A DNA stretch of 64,000 bases from positions 37,456,999 through 37,520,998 of the forward strand of contig NC_057729.1 in assembly GCF_004010195.1 (NCBI RefSeq). Direction: 5' to 3'. Made by a program: the position numbers and the translations under genes. Below, one piece after another: positions 52,555-64,000 of the stretch. The notes below the pieces were generated by a model. That model searched no databases, was not told where the DNA came from, and saw nothing but the letters and a program-made list of their open reading frames with translations. Position 1 is the stretch's first letter; each line of letters begins with the position of its first letter. This stretch comes from Chiloscyllium plagiosum (taxonomy: Eukaryota).

Positions 52555-52775
52555 ATGTCAGACAAAGGAAAATCCTCACCTCATTTGCGGTCAGGGACAT
52601 AGACTTCCTGGTGGAGAGTGTGGTGTAAAGGAAGGCAGCCCGCATCTACCTGGAACTGCAGAAGGGACTATAATACAAGTCTATGCCAGCCTGGTTTGAG
52701 GTTACCAACAATGTCAATGTGGCCTCCACAGTCTCGAGGCACACCCAACAGTGCTGCAAAAGGTCAATAACTTTC
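52555..52775 (+). pseudogene. Second Myb/SANT-like (Harbinger ORF1-type) relic
   Basis: MSDKGKSSP-FAVRDIDFLVESVV*RKA...MPAWFEVTNNVNVASTVSRHTQQCCKR has the W...V...R...QC.K pattern and is homologous to 5188-5490. Confidence 0.6.
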
Positions 52776-55700
52776 CCTACTCCAACACTGCTATTGTACC
52801 CACCTCCCACCAAGGTTCATGTTCTCACACTTACTATCACAATAAATATCTTCCCTTGCTCTCATCCGCCCCCACCCCACATGCACTAGTAAACGTGGAT
52901 GGCCCTGTGCCACCTACTCATTCACTCATGACAGCTCACCACCTTTCCCTACTTGTACTAGCACAAAGAGCTGTTACATGCACATTCATCTCACTCAATC
53001 ACTGCCTTGTGACTTATTTCTAAGTGAAAATGTAGCACAAATAAGGAGGAGAAAGTCAGGATGGGGGCGGGGTTTGATGTGTGCCCACCATTAGGTTTTG
53101 CATCCTCGCAGAAGAGTAAGCCCTGGTCCTGACCTATCAAGGGCGATTGTTCACACAATGTCAATCTTCATGTCCCAGCAACCATTACTGTGCTGCTCTC
53201 TCTTTACTGCCACTCTGAATGAACACTTAACATGTCCAGTCTTCAACTCCTTGATCTCTTTTCTCTGTCTTGTCTCCTGCAGGCACCAGCAGCATCTGTG
53301 TGGTCTCAGTGACAAGAAGTCCAGTCCCAGTACACATCTTCTCCATCATCTCTGAATAAGAACACACAAGTACTTGGGTCAAGTACCAGTAACTCTGCCT
53401 CCTGCATGTCGAGCAGCTCAAAACGAAGTTCTGATCTGAGACCTCTGTGCCAGATATTGTTTGTGAGCTCAGTCTTCAGTAAGCTGACACTCCTGTACCC
53501 ATTGCTGCAGTGATGAGGATCAGGCAAATTATGCCTGAATATTCGCTGAGCTAAATCTGATAAAAAGCTGAAATGGTAGCCCTGAAATTGGGCTGCAAAA
53601 CCAGAGGTTAGCCCATCATGGTCATTTGTGGTAATCCTGATACAAGTCAAATGGCTACCAAGTATTGGTCTGGTTGGCCCTTTCGGGCAGAAGTCCTGTA
53701 TCCAAGAACTGCTAACTCATCAGAGATAGTGGTCAGCAATGCTGAGAATGCAGTTGCATTGGATCAGTAACCACAGAGGAGGATCCAGAGGGGAGGTATA
53801 CAGGTAGGTCTTACCCCAACCTGTCAGGAAAGTCTGGGGGAGGGAGGATGAGGTTTTGCTCTTTGAGCTAAAGGGTGTTTGATCAAAATGCTACCCCCTC
53901 CACCACCATCACCATGATTACTATTGGTCATTATTTGCCCACTTTAGGGCCTCAGTTGATGTCCATGCGAAATGACCTTCCCACTGCTGACTGACTTGCA
54001 GGGAGCTGAGAAGGTGACATGTTCCCAAACCCTGCCTTTAATCCTTCCAACCTACTCCCAAGTCTTGGGTGAAATTGCATCCATCAAGTGCAGATCTTGC
54101 TTCTATGCTTCAGTTTAAATCTTCTGAATACATGAAGGTAGATTGTGTGGTGAGAAGCAGAGGGAAATTTTGAGATGCCTGGATCTGCAGCCTATAAATT
54201 CTAAAAGGTGGTGAGATAACAGGGAGTTGGATGTGAGAAGATGGATTCGATGAGTGTATCCTATCACTCTCAATGGTTTGAATCCAAGTTCTGGCTGTGG
54301 CTTCACCAATGATCGTCAGTACCACTTCCCCCATGATGGCAAGGACATGTAGCCATGCCTGTCCCTGTCAATTTTGGAGCTGCTGCCACCAGTTATTCTG
54401 CAAGAAAATGAACATCAATTTGTCAGTGTGATTTAATGTGGAGTTTGGGTACTGGGCCTCCTGCAGGAGAATAATTGGCTGAGTTTACAAGCCACGGGAT
54501 GTGGACTTGCATTTTGCAGTGTATTAGGATTTGTTGAGAATATGACTTTGAGCTGTGAATCAAACTTGATATGTAGTGTTGAAGGGTGAATAAAGGGGTT
54601 ATTAGTGGAACAGTATGTGAAGCTAATGTTCCCTTGTAAGGAAATGGTATTGAAGATGCCATTGAAGATTGAAGGAGCCATTGACCTTGGCCCTCTCACA
54701 AGTCCATTAAATATCTTACATTCACTTCAGAGGCTAGACTGCTGATATAGGTGCGATGGTTTCCTTCTGCCACTACCTTCTTCATTTCTGCCTGACAGAA
54801 AGGAACTCTTTCCTCCAGTATACCTCCTGCATCCAAAAACTTGGGATATGCTGCATGATCTATTGCACCACTTCCAATGTTTTTCCTGCACTTTTACTAC
54901 TGAGAGCCACTTCTGCAGCCAGAATACACTTTGATTTTTAAGAGGTGCAGGTTGGCATTAAGTATGGCTTCTTGTGGTACTCGTCTCCCACATACTTGGG
55001 TCCCTTTTACATTTTTCAGCCACTCAACACTATATTCTGTATGTCACTATTTTTTAGGTGAGCAGACAGCACAATTGTTGCAGAATAATAATTATATTTA
55101 TCAAAATAATGCATTCGAATTGCAGTCAAATTGCAGATTAGTTAAATTTGAACACTGAACAAGTTAGAAAGACAAACTTGGAACTTGGGGAACAGCGTCA
55201 AGATTTTAAAAGTAAGAAAAAAGAATAATTGTCAATTATTGCAGCAAATGAATTGAGAATGAAAGGCATGCCATTTTATCAGTGGGTTAGGACTTGCTAA
55301 TGGAAAGGTTGAAAGTTGTTGGTTGAAAAACCAGAACAACTTGAATACTGGGTTGCATTGCTAAATTCGTTGAGTTCGAATTCTCAGTGACATGCTAATA
55401 TTGTATATAGTCACAAAGCATTTATGTTTGACTGTCATGACATGATTATCTAAAACTCAGATGCATTATAGAGGCAGATGAAGAAGTTAAATATGTCAGA
55501 GGGAAGACGGAGAGCTCTAAACATCACAATAAGCCAGAATTCTTCAATCTCAGAAAGCGATCTTTCTAACATGGCTTTACAGGCATACGCAAGATAGTTC
55601 TCAGAAAGAAATATGAAACAATACCTTTTGCGCAATAGGACAAGAGGGTGTATGTTCAGGATTATATAGAATTCCAGTGTGTGTTATGAAGGCTAAGATA

Positions 55701-56881
55701 CTTAGCTGATTAAAAAATAGATTGTTACTGGGGTTAGTGTTCTGGAAGAATGAGTTGCAACTTGTTCATCCAAAATTTATATTATGATTTATTTTCATTC
55801 AGGCCATTTCACATCACGACATAATGACGTGAGTCAAACTTCATGGAAGCATGATCACCCTATAAAATGGCATAAGATGACTGATTTCATCGCAAGGGAA
55901 CAAGTTACTACTCAACACTTGAGCTTTTCTTCCATCTGTAGTCCATTCAATGCAAAATAATGGGCATAATAAAATAAAATGGCAATATGTCATTAAAGTT
56001 TAAGGCTAACCAGAGATTGCTCTCAGAGGAGGAGGTGGTGGTCTGCAAGATATTTATTATATATATTACAATATCCTGTAGATATGGATAGCCTCCTATT
56101 CTGAAGCACCTTCAAGCAGACTGCAGATTGGAGAAAATTGATTATTTTTTCGGCTAATGTTCTACATGCCTTAAACATGTTGCTACTCATAATAAAATAA
56201 AATTTTCAAACAATACTTCTATTTATATGGAATATACACACCAGTATCAGTCTTCTCTTTGCTTGATTACTTAACGTAATGAGGTGTACTACTGAAATGC
56301 AGAACATTAATTAAATCAGTTTTATTGGGCCAATTAAAACTGAAGTTGGCGTCTAACATTTAATTAATAACACAGCAGCTATTAATTCTGGGTGCCAAAA
56401 AACGACCTTCCATTTAATGTTGCTTACCTTAACCTGAGGAGATTCTAAAATGTTTCACAGATAATGAATTATATTTTAAGTGTTGTGATTGTGCAATGTG
56501 AGAGAACAGCAGCAGTTAATTTGCACTTAGCATGTCCCACAAACAGCAATATGATAAATTATGAAACTCTTCAGTTAATTCAAGAATTAATCAGGTATCA
56601 GCCTGTTTTTCTTTGAATAGTGCTCTAAGATCTTTTATTGTCCTCTGAGAGGACAGACAAGGTTTCATTAGACTCTATTTGAAAGGCAACTTTTCTGACA
56701 CTGCCACACTCTAAAATTTTGTATACAAATCTGAGAAGAGAGCTAAAACTCACATCCATTGACTAACAGACAAGAGTTTTACCCCGATACCTTAAAGAGG
56801 TCACTAAACAGTTAAGCAATTTTTTTTCCTGACCATATTTTAACTTGAGAGCGCAGCATTATTGAAATGAAGAAATTCATT

Positions 56882-57195
56882 GAATCCCTATAGTGTGGAA
56901 ACAGGCCATTTAGCCCAACAAGTCCACACCAACCCTCCGAAGAGTATCCCACCCAGACCCACTTCCCTATCCAATCACTTTACATTTCCCCTGACTAATG
57001 TTCCTAACCTACACATCCCTGAACACTATGGGTAATTTAGCATGGCTAATTCACTTAGCTTGCACATCTTTGTGTCTGTGGGAGGAAATCCACACAGACA
57101 TAGGGGGAATGTGCAAACTCCACACAGACTGTCGCCCAAGGCGCTGTGATGCAACACATCTGGTGCTGTGATGCAGCAATGCTAGCCAGTGTGTT
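56882..57195 (-). mobile_element. HE1-type V-SINE
   Basis: Reverse complement of tail, V-domain and head. Confidence 0.8.
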
Positions 57196-58017
57196 ACCCT
57201 GAAATGCAGATACTTGTGTCGAAATTCTGATATCTCAATCGTTGAATGCATGCCAATGAAATAATGGTGCAGCGAGCATTCTCTGAACCTCATGGGAGGC
57301 CTGAGAAACTTATGGGTGAGTACATAGAGTGAATGCAATATGGAAACCAAAATTGGTTTGGTATCACCACAAATGTAGAGCTCACTTAGCTACCCTGACT
57401 ATCATGCTTTAATCTTATGAAGCATATGCCAAAGCATTTTATTTGAAAACGTACATGGTCTTATTCCAGCTTGAGGGCCTGAACACCTATTTTCTTTTCC
57501 TTTACCAAGAAATAAAACCAAAATGTGGACTTGATTAGCCATGCTTGAGGCATGGAGTTTTAGGGGGATGGTAGGTCAGTTAGCACACAAAAAATAGATA
57601 TTGGACTGCCGATTTTATAGGCCATTGTCTGTATGGGGCATAAAGTCCCACTTGTCTAATAGGTTTCGCCATGGAAGGGATCAAATTGCTCAGATAAATA
57701 GAGCTCAGAGGCGATATATTGTGCTGCTCTGCCACTGTAAGAGTATAAAACTTAAGTGGTACATTTTTCTTTTGCCTTGCAACTAAATTTAAAATTGCCT
57801 CCAATCATTAATCCAACGAAAATGAGAATTGAACATCTTTTCTCCCAAATATACTGGAGAGTTCTAAAAAAACACATGGCTCACTTTGCAGAAACTGAAA
57901 ATTACAGTGTTGTGAACTGTAGGAAACATTCAACACAGATGGACTATTTTTATCTTAGGTTCAGTGTGGAATTTATAACTGTGGGTAGCAACATTTTACA
58001 AATCTGCATTTAACATG

Positions 58018-58484
58018 ATTAGATTCCCTACAGTGCAGAAACAGGTCCTTTGGCCCAACAAGTCCACACCGACCCTCCGAAGAGTAACCCACCCAAACCC
58101 ATTCACCTCCTCCCTACTAATGCACCTATCACTATGGGCAATTTAGCATGGCCAGTTCTCCTGACCCGCACATCTTTGGACTGTGGAAGGAAACCGGAGC
58201 ACCCGGAGGAAACCCATGCAGACACAGGGTGAATGTGCAAACTCTACGCAAGCCAGGTGAATTGGCCATGCTAAATTGTCCATAGTGTTAGGTACATTAG
58301 TCAGAGGGAAATGGGTCTGGGTGGGTTACTCTTCGGAAGGTTAGTGTGGACTTGTTGGGCCGAAGGGCCTGTTTCCACACTGTAAGGAATCTAATAAATA
58401 AATAATTTTAAAAAGTTGCCCGAGGCTGGAATTGAACCCAGGTCCCTGGCGCTGCAAGGCAGCAGTGCTAACTACTGAGCCATC
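58018..58484 (-). mobile_element. HE1 SINE with an oppositely oriented 5'-truncated HE1 (58254-58413) inserted into it
   Basis: Minus-strand tail and V-domain 58018-58253; plus-strand 3' half 58254-58413; the minus-strand head resumes at 58414. Confidence 0.88.
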
Positions 58485-59194
58485 TCCATGGTGATAATGA
58501 ATGCCATTTTTTCCACATCACAAAGTTCCTGCATTATATTCTTGTGAATATTTGGAGGTAAACGTCTTTGGAGAAGATTGGGTTGAACACAGGGCTCCTG
58601 GTCAAGAGATAGGGGCATCATCACTACATTAGCAAACCTCTTTAAGAAGATAGTAAAGCAACTAAATGAGAAACTTTTCACATTGGATTGAATTCTACTG
58701 CTGCCTCTAAGGAGACTGGAACCTAAATCCAATGTCTTAGACAGCTCAGTCACACTGCCAGTCCTTATTATTTATAAGTACCTGTAGTGTGAGTCAACCT
58801 ATTGGGACGCCTTGAGAATTTCCAGCACAGGTGGGACTTTCTTGCTCAGAGGCTGGAACACTACCACTGTCACAACAGCTGTTCAAATTATTACTTGTAG
58901 ATACTTATATTCAAACCATTCAGACATTTTATGAAGCAGCTCTGGAGCAGGGCATTATAGCTCCTTGTTGTTTGTTGATATTTTTTATTAACCTGTTCAA
59001 AATGTCATCAGATACCTGAAGCAAGTAAAACCTGAAAGCAGGCCTTCTGGTTCAGAGGCAGGGACATTACCATAATGTCACAAAAGCCCTTATATATCAT
59101 TTGTGTAATGTGACTGGAAAAGCTTTTAACAAAGTTGGTTTCTGTCTGTTACCTAATATACTTCAAATCTTTCTCTATATATTATTTAAACATT

Positions 59195-59536
59195 AAACTG
59201 AGAGAATTCTGAATGCTGGAAATCGGAAACAAAAACAGAAATCGCTGGAAAAACTTAGCATCTATGGAGAGAAAGCAGAGTTAATGTTTTCTTCAGAACT
59301 GATGGTATCTCGGAAATGGTTGGTATCGATGCAGAAGGGAGGAGGGGAGGGGGAGGGAGGGGGACGAGTAAACAACAGGTGGAGATAGAGCACAAAGAGG
59401 GAGAAAAATGGTAGAGCAGAAAAAGGAATGGGTAAAGATCAGCTTGGGAGAATGAATGGCCACTAATGGGGACTATTAGTAACTGACAATGTGTTGTGTG
59501 TGGTAGTAGCCCATGTGATGACAAAGCCTGGTGTGT
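59195..59536 (-). mobile_element. PLE 3'-end fragment of another subfamily, hammerhead stem II missing
   Basis: 13-bp TSD TTATTTAAACATT (59182-59194, 59537-59549); GATGCTGGAAA/GCTGGAAAAAC-type terminal motif. Confidence 0.75.
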
Positions 59537-60127
59537 TTATTTAAACATTGTTTAATTTTTTTTTAAATCAACCTATTCAGAAATGTTACCACACCCCTCT
59601 GAAGCAAATGGGCATATGAACACAAACCTCCTGGTTCAAAGGAATGGACATTAGCACTGTGCCACAAGAGCCCAATGTGAATGGATACTGAATACAGACT
59701 AATTAGGTTTAACTGTAGTCAATTTGTACTAATTTTAGCTTGTTTGAAAAGAATATGTTATCACGAGCTTACTGATTTCCTCCTAATTATGTACTAAATT
59801 ATCACACCTGTCCACTTGGTAGAGACAAGAACTTATCAAAGCATAAAGTATCCAGTAACTAAATTAAAAACAAGAGTATTTAGATGCTGATCACAGATTA
59901 TTGTGCTGTTGAAAAGAAACAGGTATAAATGATGCGGAGAACTAAAAACGTGGAAACATCACCAGTTTTGGGAAAAGTTAAAAAGTGGGTTATCCAGAGT
60001 CTTTCTTCACAATATTTTCCAATTTGGTGCTACTCAGAATTGGTGCAATCGTTATAGAAGGTCACTTGTTTGCCCTTTCAGTTGGCATATAAAAACTAAA
60101 AGACAGTCAAATAAAGTAATATATGTA

Positions 60128-60363
60128 CTGAACAACAAATGCTGGAGATCACAATGGGTCAGACAATATCCACGGAGAGAGAGCAAGCTAACATTTTGAA
60201 ACTCGATGACTCTTCATCAGAGCTGGTGAAGCCATTTTGATGAAGACCTATCTAGACTCAAAACGTTAGCTTGCTCTCTCACCGTGGACACTGTCTGACC
60301 CATTACGATCTCCAGCATTTCTTGTTTTCAGTACAGATTCCAGCATCTGCAGTAATTTGCTCC
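60128..60363. mobile_element. Fold-back PLE terminal-repeat insertion (third subfamily) with two opposed decayed hammerhead cores
   Basis: Arms ~60124-60220 and ~60238-60335; TSD TAATAT(A/T)TGTA (60117-60127, 60364-60374). Confidence 0.85.
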
Positions 60364-61694
60364 TAATATTTGTATTTGTCAGTTATTAGATACTGGGGAA
60401 TAAACAAATATTTCTAATTATAAAAATGGTCACAAGATTTCTTTGATTCAATTTCTTTCCCCAAAACTCTGAATCCATGTTTAAATTGGATGCTCAATTA
60501 TTTTTGGTGCTTAGAAGAAATCTTCAATCTTTCAATGAAAATATAACTGAAAATCATAGGGTAAATGTTGATATACTTTTTTCGTCAGGTTTGAAACAAA
60601 ATGACCTTAAATTGCCTTTTTTCAAACTGGAGATCAATGAATTACAATATTGTGCAAATTATGTTATTTCCTTGACAAAATTTGAAGTGTTTGTTTAATG
60701 AATCTAGACAAAATATCTGCCTATTTTAATCTACAACTGAAGACACATTTCAAATCTATTACACTTGGGAAAATTATTTACACTGTAATCGAAAACAAAT
60801 GACATTTAATGCACTTGATTCACAAAATTGTCTTCACTTGGAAATCCATTCTGTCTTTGATTATTGGATTTGATTCTAGATGATTTCAGAAGGAAAATAT
60901 ATTTTTACGTATTTAAAATCTTGAGGATAATTTGATCTTCAAAATCTGAAAGTTAGCGTGAAAAACTGAAGTTATCTAATTGACCGAGTCCCATTTTACA
61001 TGCTACATTTGAGTATAATCTGACTCTAATGATCAATCTTATTTAGATAAGCATATTACAATGATCATGACACATTGTTATGGTAGAAACGCAATACAAT
61101 TTCTCAGGCATAGTTTGAAATGAGGTCGAGACCATTTGTTTGAACTTAGCACATTCTAACCTTAAGTGGCTTGTGAGACAAATACAGCATTTACATGGCC
61201 AGCAAGGAGAGAAATGATTTTCCACAAAACTCATCCCTATTATCACCACTACCACAAGCATCTGGAATAAATTCCTAATTGATATTTGATATTTATATTG
61301 CATATCTTTACAAAAAAAGCCACTTGACTGGAAACATTTTTGAGTCTATCTTATGTTTCGTGGCATTTGGCAGTTAAGTACCATAACTTCAGATAATTTA
61401 TGCATTTCAATGCAGAGACTTTGGGAAAGTTACGAGCTTGTGGAAGAACAGCGAAAATTGGACAGTAGTTGCCCAGTTTCTGCATTTAGCTACCCATTTG
61501 CAGACATTGTGAGTTGCTGATTAATTTACTTCTTGATAATGGCAAGTGGTGACAGTCTAACGCTAACCACTGAGTCAAAACTAAGATACGCATCATAGGA
61601 TGGTCTCCCTCTCCGTTTGACTAAAAAAAAGATACCTACTGAGAGTCCAGGAATGACATAGAGAAATAGACGTCCAGAGAAGTACAGTTTAGGT

Positions 61695-61863
61695 ATGTTG
61701 GCCATGCTAAATTGCCCATAGTGTCCAGATAGATTAGCCATAGGATATGCAGGGTTGCATGGATAGGGTAGAGGGTGGGTCTGGGTGGGAAGCGCATGGA
61801 GGGTCAGTATGGACTCAATGGGCTGAATGGCCTATTTCCACACTGTAGGGATTCTATGATTCT
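61695..61863 (+). mobile_element. HE1-type SINE 3' half
   Basis: TTGGCCATGCTAAATTGCCC...TTTCCACACTGTAGGGATTCTATGATTCTA. Confidence 0.8.
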
Positions 61864-63532
61864 AGTCTGGAGACCTGCCTTGCCCAAACTGTGCTCTGAA
61901 AAGATATTGCTCTGTAATATGAGCCTGACAAAGCTATCAAATTTATATTAATTTTTCTGGGTAGAGGCCAGAAATCCTTTTTGTTTGCAGTTGGCAAAGA
62001 TTGAGGTCCTAGGGACTTATTAGGAGAATAAAATCACAAGATTCCACAGTATTAAAGAAATACAATGAACTTTACAATACAATGTTTGGATAATAAAATA
62101 ATCTATATACACATATTTAACTTACGCTCTAAAAACCAGAGTTAACATGAGGTAAAAATTGGAAAGAAAACTAACTGTGGCTGAACACTGCACTTTAAAT
62201 GGTTGATGCAGTCAAGATGAATCCTACAGATATCTTAGCAAGTCCCTTCGATATTAGTGAATTTGTAGGTAATTAAATTACATAGAAATGTTGTCTCCCT
62301 TCCAAAGGATTCCAAGTCTTCACGTTTTGAGAATCTGACTTTGAAACTCATTTATAAGCCACTTCGTTGAGTGCTGCCTCAGTGACTGCTCACATCAAGG
62401 TTCTTCAATCTCTTTCCCTGAGATTGTGTTTCATTGTATTATTGAGGGTACACAGCGAGGAACTAGTTTAAGAGTGCATTTCAAGCTCATTCACAGATAG
62501 ATACTAGGGCTTGGGAAAGTAGCTATCAGCAAACTCAAACAAATACTGATTGAGGCTTTCCTTCACCCTACTCTCAGATGCATGGTTTCCATGGACTTCA
62601 CCTGCACTGATTGCCTGAAGTCTGCTAATGACAACATTTGTGCCGTCAAAAGTGACTTCTTTGTTTGAACACTCTCTCAACTTTAAATTGTCACTGCAAC
62701 TAACTTCTCCTTACAAGCACACAGATAAGTTGAAACCAGAACATCTTCATAAGCTCCACCCATTTCTTTGATAAGATTAACTCTGAGCTAATAGAGTTTG
62801 CTGGCTGCTTTTATTTTTAGACAATTTAGCTCAAACTCCCAAAGAAACAAAAAAAAAGTAATCATCAGGGCTTTTGTGTACTTGTGACCAGGCCATCAAT
62901 TTGACAAAAGGTAATGATAATAGTCTGACTCTCACTTGGTCTACAGACAGCTTCTCAAAACTGTAGGCTAAAAGAATTGACAGCAAATCTATACTATTTT
63001 TGAAAGGTTTGCCACAAACTTCAATCAGCCAATGAACTCTCATATAAGACCTACAATCAAGGTTAGACAATCAAGAGACACTCAACAACCTGTAAGGCCA
63101 AAAATGCATAATGGCAGATGAAGGCTGACATACATTTCATGTTACACATAACATGCAACGTATTCTTTTGAATGTTCTGACTACCAGACAGTGATAATTC
63201 AACACAAGGTTAAATGTGACAGATCTAGTTTATTATTGCAAATGTATATCTCCTCCGTAAGGGACCTGATTGTTTTTGATTAATATAGCTGCAAACATTT
63301 TGCTCTTTGCACCTGTAATTATTTGCATTTGATATGGCACCTTATGAAATGATAATGACATGAATACAATATATATGCAAATATCAGAGCAATTTTACTG
63401 AACCAAGGCAATGGAAGTTTCCACACACCAACAAACTATATTACTCCACTGGACTTTCAATAACACGTCCTATTGCTTTTATCTAACTTGCACTTCTGTG
63501 GTTTTAATAAGAACACATTAACAATGGCTCAC

Positions 63533-63707
63533 CTTTCACAATTAGTTCTGCATAGTTGGACACTCCTGAGCCTCCTTCTGAGCGGATCACACATCTATAT
63601 TTGCTTGTAGTCTTCTGTGATGTATCTGCCACACTGACAGTGGCAGAAAAACGCCTGTGGTTAACCACCCTTGTCACCATCAATGCTGTATCCTTTCCAT
63701 TCCATTG
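63533..63707 (-). CDS. PTPRT: PTPRT coding exon (Ig-domain C-terminal half; equivalent of human exon 6), 175 bp
   Basis: Manual minus-strand translation gives [58 protein letters not shown], nearly identical to human PTPRT as I recall it. Acceptor ...ttttgtacAG at 63709-63708; donor G|GTGAG at 63532. Absent from the ORF track. Confidence 0.96.
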
Positions 63708-64000
63708 CTGTACAAAACAAAATACATCTTAATTAGAAAATGCATCAATTTTTAGGTAAATTCTGATTGAATAATTATGAATTATTAATTGGTTTCAGCG
63801 TTGTGGTTCGAAGTATCCATATTCTAGTGTAATTTGCTTGCGTATCTTCTTAATTAGGGTTGTGTCTGATTACAGAACCGTACAAGCTTACAGCTCAAAT
63901 TCTAGCTGTTCAACCTCTCACGTTGCTTCACTTTCTCCCCATAGACTTGTAGAATTATGTTTTAAAGATTTGTTCAATTTCCCTCGAAAACATAAAATGA

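Noticed and set aside
61930-62900. Possible solo LTRs here and at ~42610-43130
   Set aside because: LTR-like composition, but I could not define TG...CA ends or a TSD.

Overview
Vertebrate genomic DNA. The repeat families (HE1-type V-SINEs, shark CR1/HER1 LINE tails, Neptune-type Penelope elements) point to a shark (inference). The window holds two minus-strand coding exons of the receptor tyrosine phosphatase gene PTPRT. One is a 175-bp Ig-domain exon at 63533-63707 that the ORF track missed. The other is a 294-bp first FN3 exon at 2730-3023. A ~60.5-kb intron joins them, and almost everything else is transposon-derived. The intron contains: a decayed Gmr1-type Gypsy element (PR-INT-RT-RH order, both LTRs, PBS, PPT, TSD) with a Penelope nested in it; a second Penelope with an 11-bp TSD; about a dozen Penelope terminal-repeat fragments carrying hammerhead-ribozyme cores, several as fold-back insertions, one nested in another; Harbinger transposase and Myb/SANT relics; many CR1 fragments and SINEs; and a 31-bp minisatellite. 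Two signals stand out. (1) A LINE ORF2 (APE+RT) whose 5' region is a tRNA-like Pol III head plus a DeuSINE domain, with no ORF1. (2) Tiny TSD-flanked hammerhead fold-back elements whose inverted arms stop at the predicted self-cleavage site. Family names come from motif recognition, not from database searches.
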